Shown: positions 40,764 through 51,481, counted from the stretch's first letter. The stretch is DNA of 64,000 bases from Candidatus Obscuribacterales bacterium (GCA_965228855.1 CBDDIJ010000002.1:992001-1056000); one strand, 5' to 3'. Translations and numbers: made by a program. The notes: a model not told the origin generated them from the sequence alone.

Positions 40764-41926
40764 GTCTTGTTCCTCCGTCCGAAGCTGCCGAGCTGCCACT
40801 GGTTGGTGACGGCGATGGACAGCGCAAGAGAGATGAACGCTGCGATCAGCGCCCATGGGAAGAGTTCGACGGTGCCGCCCACGGTGGCAGTCGACTTTTT
40901 GCCGACGTACTTGAGCAGGTCGACGTCGGTGTCGTTCTGGAGGTGAATGAACTCACCGCCCGAGATGTTCGCCAGGTTCTGGAGCAGGGCGGCGTTCATG
41001 CCTGACTTCTCGATCTGCCCGTCGGTTTCGAGCCAGCGCTTGCCGTTGTCCTTGAGGGCGATGGCAGTGGCGTCGTCGGCGGCGAGCTTGCTGACCGGGA
41101 TCTTCGAGGGCATGACGTTGCCCATCGCGACCACGATTACCTTCACTCCGCGCTCCTTGGCTTTCTGGGCGAAGTCGACGAGCTTTTCTTGCTTGTCGTC
41201 ATTGCCTCCGTCGGAGAACAGGATGAGAACCCGTTCGTGCGTTGCCGGTGAGTCGGCATCGAACATGGCGAGCGCCAGCTCGAGTGCTTTGCCCATACCC
41301 GAACCTTCGCCCGGGGCGCTGGAAATCGTCAGACCGCGGTCGACGACCCACCTGAGGGCGGAGGCGTCCTTGGTCAGGAAGGCTTGCGGAAAGGCTTCGC
41401 CTGCGTAGCTCACCAGTCCGAGATAGTTTCCGTCGAGCTGCGCGATGAGCTTGTCGAGGAGGATGTGGCGGACCATCTCCAGACGCGTTCCCGCGTCCTT
41501 GTCCTCTTTTTCCTCCTTGCGCGCGATCGGGCGCCCGAAGTTGTCGAACTCACGGGTAGGCTCGATCAGGCGCTTCGCCACTGCCGACGGTGGCACCTTG
41601 CCGTCGTAATCGAGCGCCGCCATGCTGCGACTCACGTCGGCGACCGTGATCACGTCGACGGTGCCTTCTGCGATGGTCTTGGTCCCGTTGGGGATGACCG
41701 GACGGGCCAGCGCAACGAAGAGCAGACCCGTGGCGAGGGCGGCGAAAGCGGCGCGCGCCAGGTAGCGAGCAGACGAGAGCGGTTTCGACGTCTGGGAAAT
41801 CAAATCCCGGTCGCCGAACTGTGCCTGCATCGCTTTGCGCCGCCGCCAGTTTGCGAACACCAGAACACCCGCCAGAATGGCGGCGACCGGTGCTTGAAAC
41901 AGCAATTCTTGGTTCAGGAAAAACAT
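40760..41926 (-). CDS. vWA domain membrane protein (BatB-like)
   Basis: ALARP, DVSRSM MIDAS, FSDG. Confidence 0.85.
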   Translation of the reverse strand: MFFLNQELLFQAPVAAILAGVLVFANWRRRKAMQAQFGDRDLISQTSKPLSSARYLARAAFAALATGLLFVALARPVIPNGTKTIAEGTVDVITVADVSRSMAALDYDGKVPPSAVAKRLIEPTREFDNFGRPIARKEEKEDKDAGTRLEMVRHILLDKLIAQLDGNYLGLVSYAGEAFPQAFLTKDASALRWVVDRGLTISSAPGEGSGMGKALELALAMFDADSPATHERVLILFSDGGNDDKQEKLVDFAQKAKERGVKVIVVAMGNVMPSKIPVSKLAADDATAIALKDNGKRWLETDGQIEKSGMNAALLQNLANISGGEFIHLQNDTDVDLLKYVGKKSTATVGGTVELFPWALIAAFISLALSIAVTNQWQLGSFGRRNKT

Positions 41927-41935
41927 ATGGCGCTC

Positions 41936-42421
41936 CTAAATCTTGTGCTGGATTTTGCCCTTATCGGGCTGTCCACCACCTTTGCCGCCCTGCGCCTGGA
42001 TCATCTCCAGGTTGTACTTGGCGGGAAGGTGATCGGGGTTCATCCGCAGCGTGTCTTCGTAGTTCTGGATAGCCTTGTCGAATTTCTCCTGCTTGTGGTA
42101 GATCTTGCCGAGCAGGAAGTAGGTGCGTTCGAGCTTCCAGCGGTCGAGACGGTTGTATCGGCCGCTTTTGTCGATCAGCTTCTCGAGCTGGAGTTCCAGC
42201 ACCCGAGCGGCTTCGTCGAGCTTGCCCTCGTCGTACGCTTTGGCGGCGCCGTTGAGGAGGATTTCGGTTTGGTCGGCGACCAGGCTGGTGCGCGCCTCTC
42301 GGAAGTTGTCCTGCGAGAGGGGGAGCGCGTAGGTGAAGAACCCGTAGAAGCCGTAACCGAATGCTAAAGCGATTGCCAGGGATAGAACGAGCCTCCCCAG
42401 CGGTTTTGCTTTGTTGAGCAT
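41936..42421 (-). CDS. TPR protein (BatC-like)
   Basis: TM, then AIQNYEDTLRMNPD..AKYNLE. Confidence 0.75.
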   Translation of the reverse strand: MLNKAKPLGRLVLSLAIALAFGYGFYGFFTYALPLSQDNFREARTSLVADQTEILLNGAAKAYDEGKLDEAARVLELQLEKLIDKSGRYNRLDRWKLERTYFLLGKIYHKQEKFDKAIQNYEDTLRMNPDHLPAKYNLEMIQAQGGKGGGQPDKGKIQHKI

Positions 42422-42425
42422 GTTG

Positions 42426-43460
42426 TTACCTCGTGAGTACAAACACCTCCGAGAGCAGGAACAGCCCGAGGAAACCCAGGGCAGCCCACGCGAAGATGAA
42501 GAACACATCGTTGCGTGTTTCCTGTTCGGAGATAGTTACGGCAGACTTTTCCAGCCTGTCGATTGTGGCGAAACAGTCGTTGAGCGCCTCGGTGTTCTCC
42601 ACGCGGAAGACGCTGCCGCCGACGCGGTTGGCGAGTTTGACGATGCCGACTTCCTTCTGCGCAAGCGTCTCGCCGATGCCGACCAGGTACAACTTGATGT
42701 TGTTCTCCTGGAGGACCTGGATGAGGCGGCGCTCCGTCTGCGAATCGATGTCATCTTCGCCGTCGGTGACCAGAATCAGAACGCGCGACTTCGCTTGACC
42801 GGACTCCTTGAAGTGCTCGGCGGCCAGGTCGATTGGACCGGGCGGCACTTTGCCGAAGTTGGTGCCGGTGCCGAGGTTGTTCTGGATGAACTGCGCCTTG
42901 CGGTACAGCATCCGGAGGTCGTCGGTGATCGGCCAGCCGTAGCGCGGGTTGACGTCGAACAGGATGAGTCCGATGCGGTCGCCGGTCTGCTTCTTCCAGC
43001 GGTTCTCGATGAAGTTGAGGAGCGCGACTTGCGTTGCATGGATGCGCTGCAGGCGGCCGTCGGTCGGCGGCTTGAACTGCAAACCCTTCCATTCGCGGCG
43101 CCGGTCATTGAAGTCCGACTTGAACGCGAGTTCGGGCGGCGTCTCTTGCGGTGCCAGCTTGCCCTTCCAGGGGAAGCTCATCGAGTACGAGATGTCGACC
43201 GCGAGGATGATGTCGCGGCCGGGGATGGTCTTGTGGACCGGATCGCCGGGAACTTGCGGGCGAGCCAGTGCCACCACGAGCAGTGTCAGGGCGATGGCCG
43301 CGAACGCAGTCGGCGTCCGTGCCAGCATGCGCAGAAACCGCGAGTTCGTCGCGGTCAGCAAACGATGGTCCGAGTATCCGAGATACCCTCGCTTCTTCAG
43401 GACGAAGAGGAAGGGCACAAGCAGGATAGCCGCGAACCAGAGAGGTTGCGCGAATGTCAT
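42426..43460 (-). CDS. vWA domain protein (BatA-like)
   Basis: MTFAQP, ALARPQ, DISYSM, DRIGLI, VTDGED. Confidence 0.88.
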   Translation of the reverse strand: MTFAQPLWFAAILLVPFLFVLKKRGYLGYSDHRLLTATNSRFLRMLARTPTAFAAIALTLLVVALARPQVPGDPVHKTIPGRDIILAVDISYSMSFPWKGKLAPQETPPELAFKSDFNDRRREWKGLQFKPPTDGRLQRIHATQVALLNFIENRWKKQTGDRIGLILFDVNPRYGWPITDDLRMLYRKAQFIQNNLGTGTNFGKVPPGPIDLAAEHFKESGQAKSRVLILVTDGEDDIDSQTERRLIQVLQENNIKLYLVGIGETLAQKEVGIVKLANRVGGSVFRVENTEALNDCFATIDRLEKSAVTISEQETRNDVFFIFAWAALGFLGLFLLSEVFVLTR

Positions 43461-44521
43461 TGTTTCCTTCCCTTCTCGACTCTGTTGAGAAGACCGACCT
43501 CGTCCAGGAACACGTCCTGGTCGATGGTTTCTGGCGTGCCGCCGGTCTGCTCCGAGACGATGGTTGTGCCCGCGGCGTCGTAAGTCGTGGTTTTCACGAC
43601 CTTGTCGCCCACATCGAGCTGTTTCACGGTTGCGAGGGTGCCGTCCGCGCGGAACTGTTGAACTGCGCTGACGATGCCGCGGTCGTCATCGATGAGATAG
43701 ATGCGAGTGATCCGACCGGTGTCGAGCGAGTACTCTTCCACCTTCACCATGCCCCAGCCCTTGTAGTACTGGCGCAGGCGGAGCTTGCCGGAATCGGGTT
43801 CGTAGACTTCACGCACCTTTGCCTGCAAGTTGCCGGTGAGCTTGAACAGGAGCTTGCCGGAAGGCGTGAAGCCCTCGCTCTCCTGTTCGCCGTCGAGGCG
43901 GGTGGTCTTGGAACGATACTTGAGCGAGCCGTCGTCCCAGAGCATCTCTTCCCAGCTGTCGCCGTTCGCCTTGAATATGCTGCGGCTGGTGACCTTACCG
44001 TTGCTGTACATGCTTGTGACCGCGTCGGCATTGTCGAGGATCTTGCGCTCCATCTGGAGATTACCCTCGCGGTCGTACTGGCGCACTTCCGCCGGCACCA
44101 GTCCATCTTCGGTGTTGATGGTTTCGGTGCTGATTTTGCCGTTGTTCGGCCAGAAGGTCCGCTCCGCCCGGAACGTGAGTTCATCACCGTTCCAGAGCTT
44201 GTGAAGCACGAGGATTTTGCCGTCATAGGTGAACTGCTTCTCCTCGACGGTTCCGTCTTCGATGCTGCGCTGCTTCGAATGAATCAGCGCACCGCGCTCG
44301 TTCCACTCGTTGAGGGAGATGACGGTGGTGCCGTCGTCGCCGAATTCGACTCGCGAGGCGAGCTTGCCGTTGGGGTAGCGCACCTCTTTGGACGCTACTG
44401 TGCCGTCCCACCAGCGCGTTTCCACGCCCCGAGGGTCAGCTGTCACACCCTTGTGGATGAGGGTGGCGAAAACAAATGCTAGCATCAGAGCGCCCGTGAA
44501 GGCGCACCATTTCAGCGTCAT
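43457..44521 (-). CDS. Exported MORN-variant/YwqK-like beta-repeat protein
   Basis: GAGGAG RBS, signal peptide, repeated Y/F/W-x-x-[ND]G-K-L units. Confidence 0.7.
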   Translation of the reverse strand: MTLKWCAFTGALMLAFVFATLIHKGVTADPRGVETRWWDGTVASKEVRYPNGKLASRVEFGDDGTTVISLNEWNERGALIHSKQRSIEDGTVEEKQFTYDGKILVLHKLWNGDELTFRAERTFWPNNGKISTETINTEDGLVPAEVRQYDREGNLQMERKILDNADAVTSMYSNGKVTSRSIFKANGDSWEEMLWDDGSLKYRSKTTRLDGEQESEGFTPSGKLLFKLTGNLQAKVREVYEPDSGKLRLRQYYKGWGMVKVEEYSLDTGRITRIYLIDDDRGIVSAVQQFRADGTLATVKQLDVGDKVVKTTTYDAAGTTIVSEQTGGTPETIDQDVFLDEVGLLNRVEKGRKQ

Positions 44522-44532
44522 GATATGCCTCC

Positions 44533-45456
44533 TCATCGGGTGGGAGCCTGAAGTTGTGTGAGTACGCGGGTTGAGGCGGTGTCGCCCTCCTCGGTGCTCA
44601 CGTTGATGGCAGTGGCGCGGCAGTCTTTCAGCCGCTCCATCACCTGGATCTGGCGTGCCTCCGCGGCGGCCTTGTGGCGCGCAGCGGTTTTCTTCGTGAC
44701 CCAGAGGTCGCGAACGACGCCGCCGGCATCCTGCACCGTGTAGAGAACGGGCAGCCAGCCGACCTTGGGCAGCTCGCGTTCGAGCTTGTCCTGCACGAAC
44801 ATCGCGATCACCCGGTGTCTGCGCCCAGCGCGCTTGAGCGCCTCCCAGTCGGCTTCGGTCGTGTTGATGAAATCGCTCACGATGAAGACGATGGACGGGC
44901 TGCGCGGCAGGAGCGCGAGCCCCTTCGCCAGACCGCTGTGATTGTCCGGGCGGACCGTGTGTTGCGACTTGAGCGTGTGCAGGATGACGGGCAGCATCAT
45001 CGAGGCGGGTGAGCTGCTCTTGACGCGCCGCTCCACACCCCATTGCGAGTACGTCACCAGTGCGATCGGATCGTGCGTCGTGGCGAGCGAGCGAACGCCG
45101 CACGCCGCCAGTTCAGCTGCCAGAACGCGTTTGGTCACGCGGCTGCTTCCGAAGTTCATGGTGGGCGAAACGTCGCAGAGAATCGTGCTCTTCACATGCG
45201 ATTCTTCTTTGAACAGCGCCACCAGTATCTGCTGACCGCCCGTCAGAGCGGTCGCATTCCAATCGATCGTGCGCGGATCGTCGCCGGGCACGTAGAGTTC
45301 GTGACCGTCGAAGTCGTCGCCTTCACCGCGGTGGATAGAACGCCTGTCGCCAGGAAGCCGCTGATGCGACTTCATTCTGCCGACGGGAATCTCCACTGCA
45401 GCTACTCGGCGCGCGATCTCGCGAACGATCCCCATTGTTTGAGGGTCGGTTTGCAT
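44533..45456 (-). CDS. DUF58 family protein
   Basis: YVPGDDPRTIDWNATA, DVSPTM.FGS, VSDF. Confidence 0.88.
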   Translation of the reverse strand: MQTDPQTMGIVREIARRVAAVEIPVGRMKSHQRLPGDRRSIHRGEGDDFDGHELYVPGDDPRTIDWNATALTGGQQILVALFKEESHVKSTILCDVSPTMNFGSSRVTKRVLAAELAACGVRSLATTHDPIALVTYSQWGVERRVKSSSPASMMLPVILHTLKSQHTVRPDNHSGLAKGLALLPRSPSIVFIVSDFINTTEADWEALKRAGRRHRVIAMFVQDKLERELPKVGWLPVLYTVQDAGGVVRDLWVTKKTAARHKAAAEARQIQVMERLKDCRATAINVSTEEGDTASTRVLTQLQAPTR

Positions 45457-45501
45457 GAGCACATCTCCGTTTAGCTAATAAGAAAACACCCGAAGGCGCT
45501 C

Positions 45502-46533
45502 TCAGGCAGCCTTGGGAGCGTACTGGTCGGTGTCCTTCGAGAACTTGACGTTCTCGACGATCTTCTCGATCACCGAGTCCGACTTGGTACCGTTGGCGGT
45601 GGCTTCGAAGGTGAGGGCGACACGGTGGCGCAGGGTCGGCAGCACGACCTCCTGGATGTCCTCCGGCGTGACGAACGCGCGGCCCTTGATGGCGGCGAGA
45701 ACGCGAGCCAGACCGCGGATGGAGAGCTGGCCGCGCACGGAGCTGCCGACTTCGATCAGGTTGTTGAACTTGGAGTCCGCCTTCACGATAGCCGCGTGCT
45801 CTTCGAGACCCGGACGGGTCGCGCGCACCAGGGCGACGATGTACTGCATGGCGGCGGGCGAGACGTAGACGCCCTTCTTGATGAGCTGGCGCAGCTCGAT
45901 GACTTCCTCGATCGAAATCACCTGCTTCACCACGTCCTGCGGATCGCGGCTGTCCAGCGCCTCGTTGGAGAGGATGAGTTCTTCGTCCTCGGCCGTCGCA
46001 TAGGGTACGACCAGTTTCATGGCGAAACGGTCGACGGCGGCTTCCGGAAGCGGATAGACGCCTTCCTGCTCGACCGGGTTCTGCGTCGCCATGACGAAGT
46101 ACGGATCGGGCAGGACGATCTCCTGGCCGGAGATGTAGATGCGCCGCTCCTGCATCGAGGAGAGCACGGACGAGAGGGTCTTGCCGGGGGCGCGGTTGAT
46201 CTCGTCGATCAGGACGAAGTTCTTGCCGCTGAGCGGACCTTCTTCGGTGACGAAGGCGGCCATTCCCGGGTTCCAGACCTTGACGCCGACGAGATCCATC
46301 GGCTTGACGTCGGCGGTCATCTGAACGCGAACACTCTTCGAGTTCTTGACGGACCGCTGGAACACCTCGACGAACAGCGACTTGGCCGTGCCGGGGAGAC
46401 CTTCGAGGAGGACGTGCTGATCGGCGAGCATGGAAGCGATCGAAAGCCGCTTGACGCCGGCGTATCCGATGACGACCTTGTCCATTTCGGCGGTCAGGCG
46501 AGAAAACGAGTCACAGACATTCTGAGTAATCAT
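45502..46533 (-). CDS. moxR: MoxR family AAA+ ATPase
   Basis: EGLPGTAKS, DEINRA, ATQNPVEQEG.YPLPEA..DRF, LRHR. Confidence 0.92.
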   Translation of the reverse strand: MITQNVCDSFSRLTAEMDKVVIGYAGVKRLSIASMLADQHVLLEGLPGTAKSLFVEVFQRSVKNSKSVRVQMTADVKPMDLVGVKVWNPGMAAFVTEEGPLSGKNFVLIDEINRAPGKTLSSVLSSMQERRIYISGQEIVLPDPYFVMATQNPVEQEGVYPLPEAAVDRFAMKLVVPYATAEDEELILSNEALDSRDPQDVVKQVISIEEVIELRQLIKKGVYVSPAAMQYIVALVRATRPGLEEHAAIVKADSKFNNLIEVGSSVRGQLSIRGLARVLAAIKGRAFVTPEDIQEVVLPTLRHRVALTFEATANGTKSDSVIEKIVENVKFSKDTDQYAPKAA

Positions 46534-47818
46534 TGCTAAGCCTCGGTTTTGGGTGCGTTGCGCTACCCGGTTAACGATGTGGAGGTCTTGCGACCTCGTG
46601 CGATGAGAACGAGATTTGAGAACCTCGTGATGCGACGAGGTCTGGTGACCTCGGGACGTGCAAGGTTGTGGGCCTTGTGCGATGAGCGTGTCGAAAACCG
46701 ACGCGCGGCCGGAGGTGTAGAACCGTTCGGCTGAGCGTGTCGAAACCGCTTGCTGCGCGGAGTTTGGACCTGACGCGGAGCATTCGGGCTGCGAGAATAA
46801 AACTCGGCCGTCTGAACAGCCGGAAGCTTCGTTGTCCTTTTGCAATGCTCTCCAGGCTGGTGCTCAGCCCAAATGCGCGCCGTATAGCGTGCTTTAGACC
46901 AATCACCATGTTCGAAACCTCTAGCCTTGTTCAAAAGCTTCAGCCGAGCTGCACCGCCATACTTGCGTACTGGTGTCGCGGAGGGCTGGAGGTTGGAACT
47001 ATTCTTGGTTTCGGAGAACGTACGCGGAAAGGAGAGACGGAAGAGACAAAATGAAAGTAGTTGCAAAGAGGTGAGATCTGCAATGAAGTGGTTAATAAGA
47101 TTTTGCGAGCGGTTGCGAGCTCTCAAAACTCATAACGCCTTACTGGTCTTGACTACCGGGTTTTTGGCAAACGTGTTGGCTTAAGAGTGGTTGTCAATAT
47201 GATCTAAAACTTAGGATCTTGTCGGGTAATAAGGCTCGCGCTAGTCCTGCCCATAACTTTTGGATTTATCTGCTGAAACAGGCTAGTGTAAACAGTTTTC
47301 ACTTCTGGAAACCGATGAGAACCGCATTTTTCGATTTGCGGTTTGATTCGCAAACTCCGCTCTAATTTCAACTCAAAAAGTTTTGTCTGGTGAATCTGGT
47401 ACTGAACTAACTGCGCGAGTGTTGTCTAACGAGTTGAAACGTATTTGAAGTGCACAGCTGGTGGGGGGTTGTGGTGCTGTAACGGAATTTTGCGGGCTGT
47501 GCTTTGCAAAACTTTGTCTCCGTTCTGTCCCTAAACCCATAAGAAACTCTGCTAGTAATATTCATCAGCCAAATCGTTCTCTTGATTTAAATTCTCGGAA
47601 ACCTACCAAACAGTCAGACTTTAGAAAACCTCCGCCCGAGCTTTCGTGCTCTTGAGGGAATCGGTCTGCACTATTGGTGGTGGCATCGACGCTAGGATTT
47701 GATGAGCTGGGGAACGTTCTGCGTTCGCTCGTAGCTCGTCGTTTTCCGCGATGTCTCCGTGATGACGAGTCTGGACGAGTGGTTGACCCCGTAAACCTGT
47801 GAAACTAGGAGACACACC

Positions 47819-48025
47819 ATGTCGAAGAATCCGCTCGAAGGCCGTGGTCGCGCCGAAGAGGAGCGTTGGGCTCGTGAGCAGGACGCTCGTGCGATCGAGG
47901 AGATGAAGAAGAAGGACGCCGCCAAGAATGGCGGTGCCGAGCCGGACAAGAAGAAGGGCTGCGGCTGCGGCGGCAAGCGCAAGCAGGCCGACGGCAAATG
48001 CCCCTGCGGTTCGTGCGGCAGCTGA
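47819..48025 (+). CDS. Small protein: charged helix plus Cys/Gly-rich tail
   Basis: AGGAG RBS; AEEERWARE helix; CGCGG..CPCGSCGS. Confidence 0.72.
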   Translation: MSKNPLEGRGRAEEERWAREQDARAIEEMKKKDAAKNGGAEPDKKKGCGCGGKRKQADGKCPCGSCGS

Positions 48026-48138
48026 TTTGCTGCTGACTGAGTGAGTGCTCGAGCGCCTGGAGCTGGTTGCGACAAAGTCGTGATTGGTTTCAGGCGCAGA
48101 GCTTCGCTCCGAGAAAGTGAAAAGTAGGAATTAGGACA

Positions 48139-48612
48139 ATGTCCGCCAAGAATGTGCATGCCAGCAAGGCGTTTCAGGCGAGCCTGGAGCGCGTCAATGG
48201 CGTGCTAGAGAATCCGAGCAAGCGTTTTCGTGCGGCGGGTCCTCGCAGTAAGTTAGCGTTCATCGGCATGCAGCTGGTTGCTTCGCAGCTTGCCTTGTTT
48301 GCCGCCGAACTTTCCTTGCTGACTGACGAAGTCGAAATCCAGCTGGTCAACGAGCACAAGGCGACCATTCGCCGTGAGCTGGTTGTGCCCGAAGTTGCAT
48401 TCGAGGCGTTTGCCACGATGTTGCTGAAGGCAGACGGCGCGCTCAAGACGTCCACGGGCAGCAAAGACAAGAATCTCATCGGCACTTATCGCGTCCCCGT
48501 CGTCCTCGATGTCGCCGCGCTCAAGAATGCCGAAGCCTTCATGCAAGAGATGCGCGCGCTTGTCGACGCTCTCTACGGTGAAGGCATCGAGACGTTGGAT
48601 AAAATCAGCTGA
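48139..48612 (+). CDS. Hypothetical protein
   Basis: AGGA RBS, 157 aa, followed by a terminator. Confidence 0.65.
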   Translation: MSAKNVHASKAFQASLERVNGVLENPSKRFRAAGPRSKLAFIGMQLVASQLALFAAELSLLTDEVEIQLVNEHKATIRRELVVPEVAFEAFATMLLKADGALKTSTGSKDKNLIGTYRVPVVLDVAALKNAEAFMQEMRALVDALYGEGIETLDKIS

Positions 48613-48637
48613 CCAAGCGTCGGTTGATTGATGATTC

Positions 48638-48720
48638 GCGGTGAGGATGCGCGTGCAAACGGCGTCTTCACCGCCTTTTCTTTATTGGGCTTGGGCGAGG
48701 TTCAACTATCGAAAGTAGCG
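48638..48720 (+). terminator. Terminator (48638-48683) plus box (48704-48720)
   Basis: gcggtgaggatgc/gcgtcttcaccgc stem with T-rich tail; AACTA-tcgaaag-TAGCG. Confidence 0.72.
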
Positions 48721-48769
48721 GAGCGCTCCGACCTCTGTTGATCGGGGTGTGATTGGAGGACCCAAGCGG

Positions 48770-48948
48770 GATTCAAGTGTCCAAGCGGGTCGCTGCAAAT
48801 TAGATTGCGGGATTAGCGGCAAAAGCTGCAAACCAATTTGCAAGCGCCTGATTTAGAACCCAAACTAGCCCGATTCAAGTATCCAAGCCGGTCGCTGCAA
48901 ATTTGATTGCAGGATTAGCGGCAAAAGCTGCAAACCAATTTGCAGGCG
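48770..48948 (-). repeat. Two copies (period 102 bp) of the reverse complement of the 51.7-52.1 kb unit
   Basis: ttagcggcaaaagctgcaaaccaatttgca present in both copies and in the reverse complement of the 51742 units. Confidence 0.88.
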
Positions 48949-49429
48949 CTCGATAGCGGAAGAGAAGTGCGATATCGAAAGGCATTAAGTCGACCAGATT
49001 TGTCGATAATGGTCGGCTGGCCGAGCTCCCGCTAATTGTCAAGAATTTGAGTTTCGCCATATTATCCAAAGCACCAGAGCCCACGACATGAGCTCTGACG
49101 CCGTTCGTTTCATGGGGCTAACGTTCAAGGGCGGGTGGAATGAGCTTTTCCAGCCCTGGAAAGGGTGGTGTTTTGCGGTCGGCGCTGGTAGGTTCGAATC
49201 AACTCTATTATTCGTTGCCTAATGAACCCAGGTTTTCTTTAAACGAATATCGCTGCGCTGCACAATTCGGATTAGATTTTTCGCTGAGACGCGAGGAGAA
49301 ACAACCCGTTTTGCGATACCGAATTTTGGTATTACTGGCGGTGCCGGTCGCGGCAAGAGTTGGATTGCGGGTTCGCTATTGTTTCACGGACAGCGGCATG
49401 GTGCCGCTGTGGTAGTTCGGAGATTTGTT

Positions 49430-50485
49430 ATGACTAAGAAGAACAACATCGCTGTTTCCGCCACCATCGCCCGTCTCGGCGTGGTGCTCGAGCCCGATGG
49501 CAGCATCGAGGAAGCGGAAGGGATTCTGAATCCCGCTTGCTGTCGCAGTCGCGACGGCGAACTCATCATTTACTCTCGCAGCGTCGAGAAGGGTAACATC
49601 TCGCGCGTCGGTCTCATCACCGCCTCCGAGGAAAACGGCAAGCTGTCGGTCAATCGTCGCGGTTACGCGCTTGTGCCGGAAGCTGACTACGAGCTGCGCT
49701 CGAAGCCAGGCGGTCAGGGTGTCGAAGATTGTCGCGTCACTTTCGTGCCTGCGCTCGACCTGTATCTCATGGCTTACACCGCCTTTGGAAATGACGGACC
49801 GCGCGTCGCGGCTGCCATTTCCAAAGATGGTTTCAACTGGGAGCGGCTCGGCCCGATGCACTTCCCGCGCCTGCGCAATTGCGCGCTCGACGATAAAGAC
49901 GCGGCGTTCTTCCCGGAACCTGTTCTTTCGCCGTCCGGCGAGCTCTGCATCGCGATGTATCACCGTCCGATGGTGTTCCTGCCTGACGTCAGTGACAGCG
50001 TGACTGCGGCTCTGAGCCTGCCGTTCAGCAAGCGTCAGTGCATGCGCATCGCGTATATCCCGTTCGATGCGGTGAAGGGCGACATCAAAAACCTGACCAG
50101 GGTCAAGTCGTCGCGTCTGTTGCTGCCGCCGAACCGCAAGTGGGGCTCGCTGAAGAACGGCGCCGGCACTCCGCCTGTGCGGACTTCGCTGGGTTGGCTG
50201 TCCGTCATGCACGGCGTCGACGCTGTGCCCAAGGGCGACGGCAAGTGGTCGATGCGTTACAGCGCCGGTCTCGTGATTCACGACATCGAGCGCCCTGACC
50301 GCATCATCTACGAATCGCCGGAGCCTCTGTTCTTCCCGGAAACTCCGGAAGAGCTGACCGGTGTCGTCAACAACGTCGTCTTCCCGACCGGCATCGACCC
50401 GCTGAGTGACAGCGAATTCGATGTTTATTACGGGATGGCTGACTTCCGTATCGGACGCGTTCGGCTGACCGTGAAGGCTGGCTGA
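49430..50485 (+). CDS. GH130-like glycoside hydrolase/phosphorylase
   Basis: NPA, GVEDCRVT, YTA, DKDA.FFPE, HRP, GAG.PP, NVVFPTG, YYG.AD. Confidence 0.85.
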   Translation: MTKKNNIAVSATIARLGVVLEPDGSIEEAEGILNPACCRSRDGELIIYSRSVEKGNISRVGLITASEENGKLSVNRRGYALVPEADYELRSKPGGQGVEDCRVTFVPALDLYLMAYTAFGNDGPRVAAAISKDGFNWERLGPMHFPRLRNCALDDKDAAFFPEPVLSPSGELCIAMYHRPMVFLPDVSDSVTAALSLPFSKRQCMRIAYIPFDAVKGDIKNLTRVKSSRLLLPPNRKWGSLKNGAGTPPVRTSLGWLSVMHGVDAVPKGDGKWSMRYSAGLVIHDIERPDRIIYESPEPLFFPETPEELTGVVNNVVFPTGIDPLSDSEFDVYYGMADFRIGRVRLTVKAG

Positions 50486-50500
50486 GTAGGCGCGTTAACT

Positions 50501-50594
50501 AAGAAACACCGGGTAAGGGAGTCGGGCTTGAGGGCTCGATTTGCTTACCCGGTGCTTCTTTCTCTTGTGCGCAAGGCAACGAGTCGATGTAGTA
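50501..50594 (+). terminator. Terminal hairpin (50501-50560) plus box (50578-50594)
   Basis: caccgggtaag/cttacccggtg stem; AACGA-gtcgatg-TAGTA 17 nt later. Confidence 0.72.
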
Positions 50595-50617
50595 GCGCTA
50601 AAGGTTCGAGATTCGCG

Positions 50618-51481
50618 TTATTTGACTATCGTTGGATTTGAGATCGGCGCGATGATTATGCTAGAAGTTTCCCGCCCAGATTTCTTTGAACGGCTCGGCG
50701 TCCTCTTTTGCGGAAGAGGGTTCAGTGTCGGAACCTCATCCCAGTAGCTTCGCGTGATGTTTAGAACTGCTGCAGCCGTGTCCTCAGGAACTACTGCAAG
50801 CTTTAGATCGAGAGCTTTGAAGACACTCAAGAATGCGTCCATGTGACAGTTTTTTCCTCTCTCCATAGCTCCAATGGTTTGATGCGGCACTCCGGAAAGC
50901 CGTTCTAGGTCGACTTGCGAGAGATTGAGGCGAACGCGCTGCTTCCTAAGCAGCACGCCAAATTGTGTCATGGGAGCATTGACGCTGCTGTTGCCCCAGA
51001 GTTCGTTGTTTTGTTTCATACATTCCTCACAGTAATCTAGATCGAATTTTTCACAAGCTTCCTCGATTTCAGCAGGGTCTTCGGTTCGTCGCATGCACTC
51101 AGAAGTGTTGAAATGGCTAAAAACGTTCATGCTCCCGAAGTACATGACGCGTTTGTCGATGAGCACGAACTTGTGGTGAAACTTACGTGCATTGAGGTGA
51201 AACCTCCATGACCTCAGAATGTCCAGGGACGTTGTGCGGTTTTGTGCGTAGTCGGACTTCAAATCGTCTGGGAGCGCTTCTTCCATTGCGCCAACGGATT
51301 GTGTCGTTAGGCACGATGCCACCCCTCTGTCTTTGAGAGAACTGAATAGTCGAGAACCATCGGCGAGCCGCCTCGGATGCAGAAATGGGCTGTGGATAAT
51401 CAATCGAGATCTAACGCCAGGTAGGTCTGCTTTGAACGCGGACCAGAATTCTGCCGAGTTTAGAAGTTCGGCTGTGCGCAT
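50618..51481 (-). CDS. PLD-like (single HKD) nuclease domain - CxxC - XRE-type HTH fusion protein (paralogue 2)
   Basis: HHKFVLIDKRVMYFGSMN; CEEC; RVRLNLSQVDLERLSGVPHQTIGAMERG. Confidence 0.82.
   Translation of the reverse strand: MRTAELLNSAEFWSAFKADLPGVRSRLIIHSPFLHPRRLADGSRLFSSLKDRGVASCLTTQSVGAMEEALPDDLKSDYAQNRTTSLDILRSWRFHLNARKFHHKFVLIDKRVMYFGSMNVFSHFNTSECMRRTEDPAEIEEACEKFDLDYCEECMKQNNELWGNSSVNAPMTQFGVLLRKQRVRLNLSQVDLERLSGVPHQTIGAMERGKNCHMDAFLSVFKALDLKLAVVPEDTAAAVLNITRSYWDEVPTLNPLPQKRTPSRSKKSGRETSSIIIAPISNPTIVK

Noticed and set aside
46534..46845. N-terminal extensions given by the ORF track for MoxR (also 43457..45103, 39864..40856, 61078, 19463)
   Set aside because: RBS-supported internal ATGs match family N-termini; the extensions overlap neighbours or leaders.
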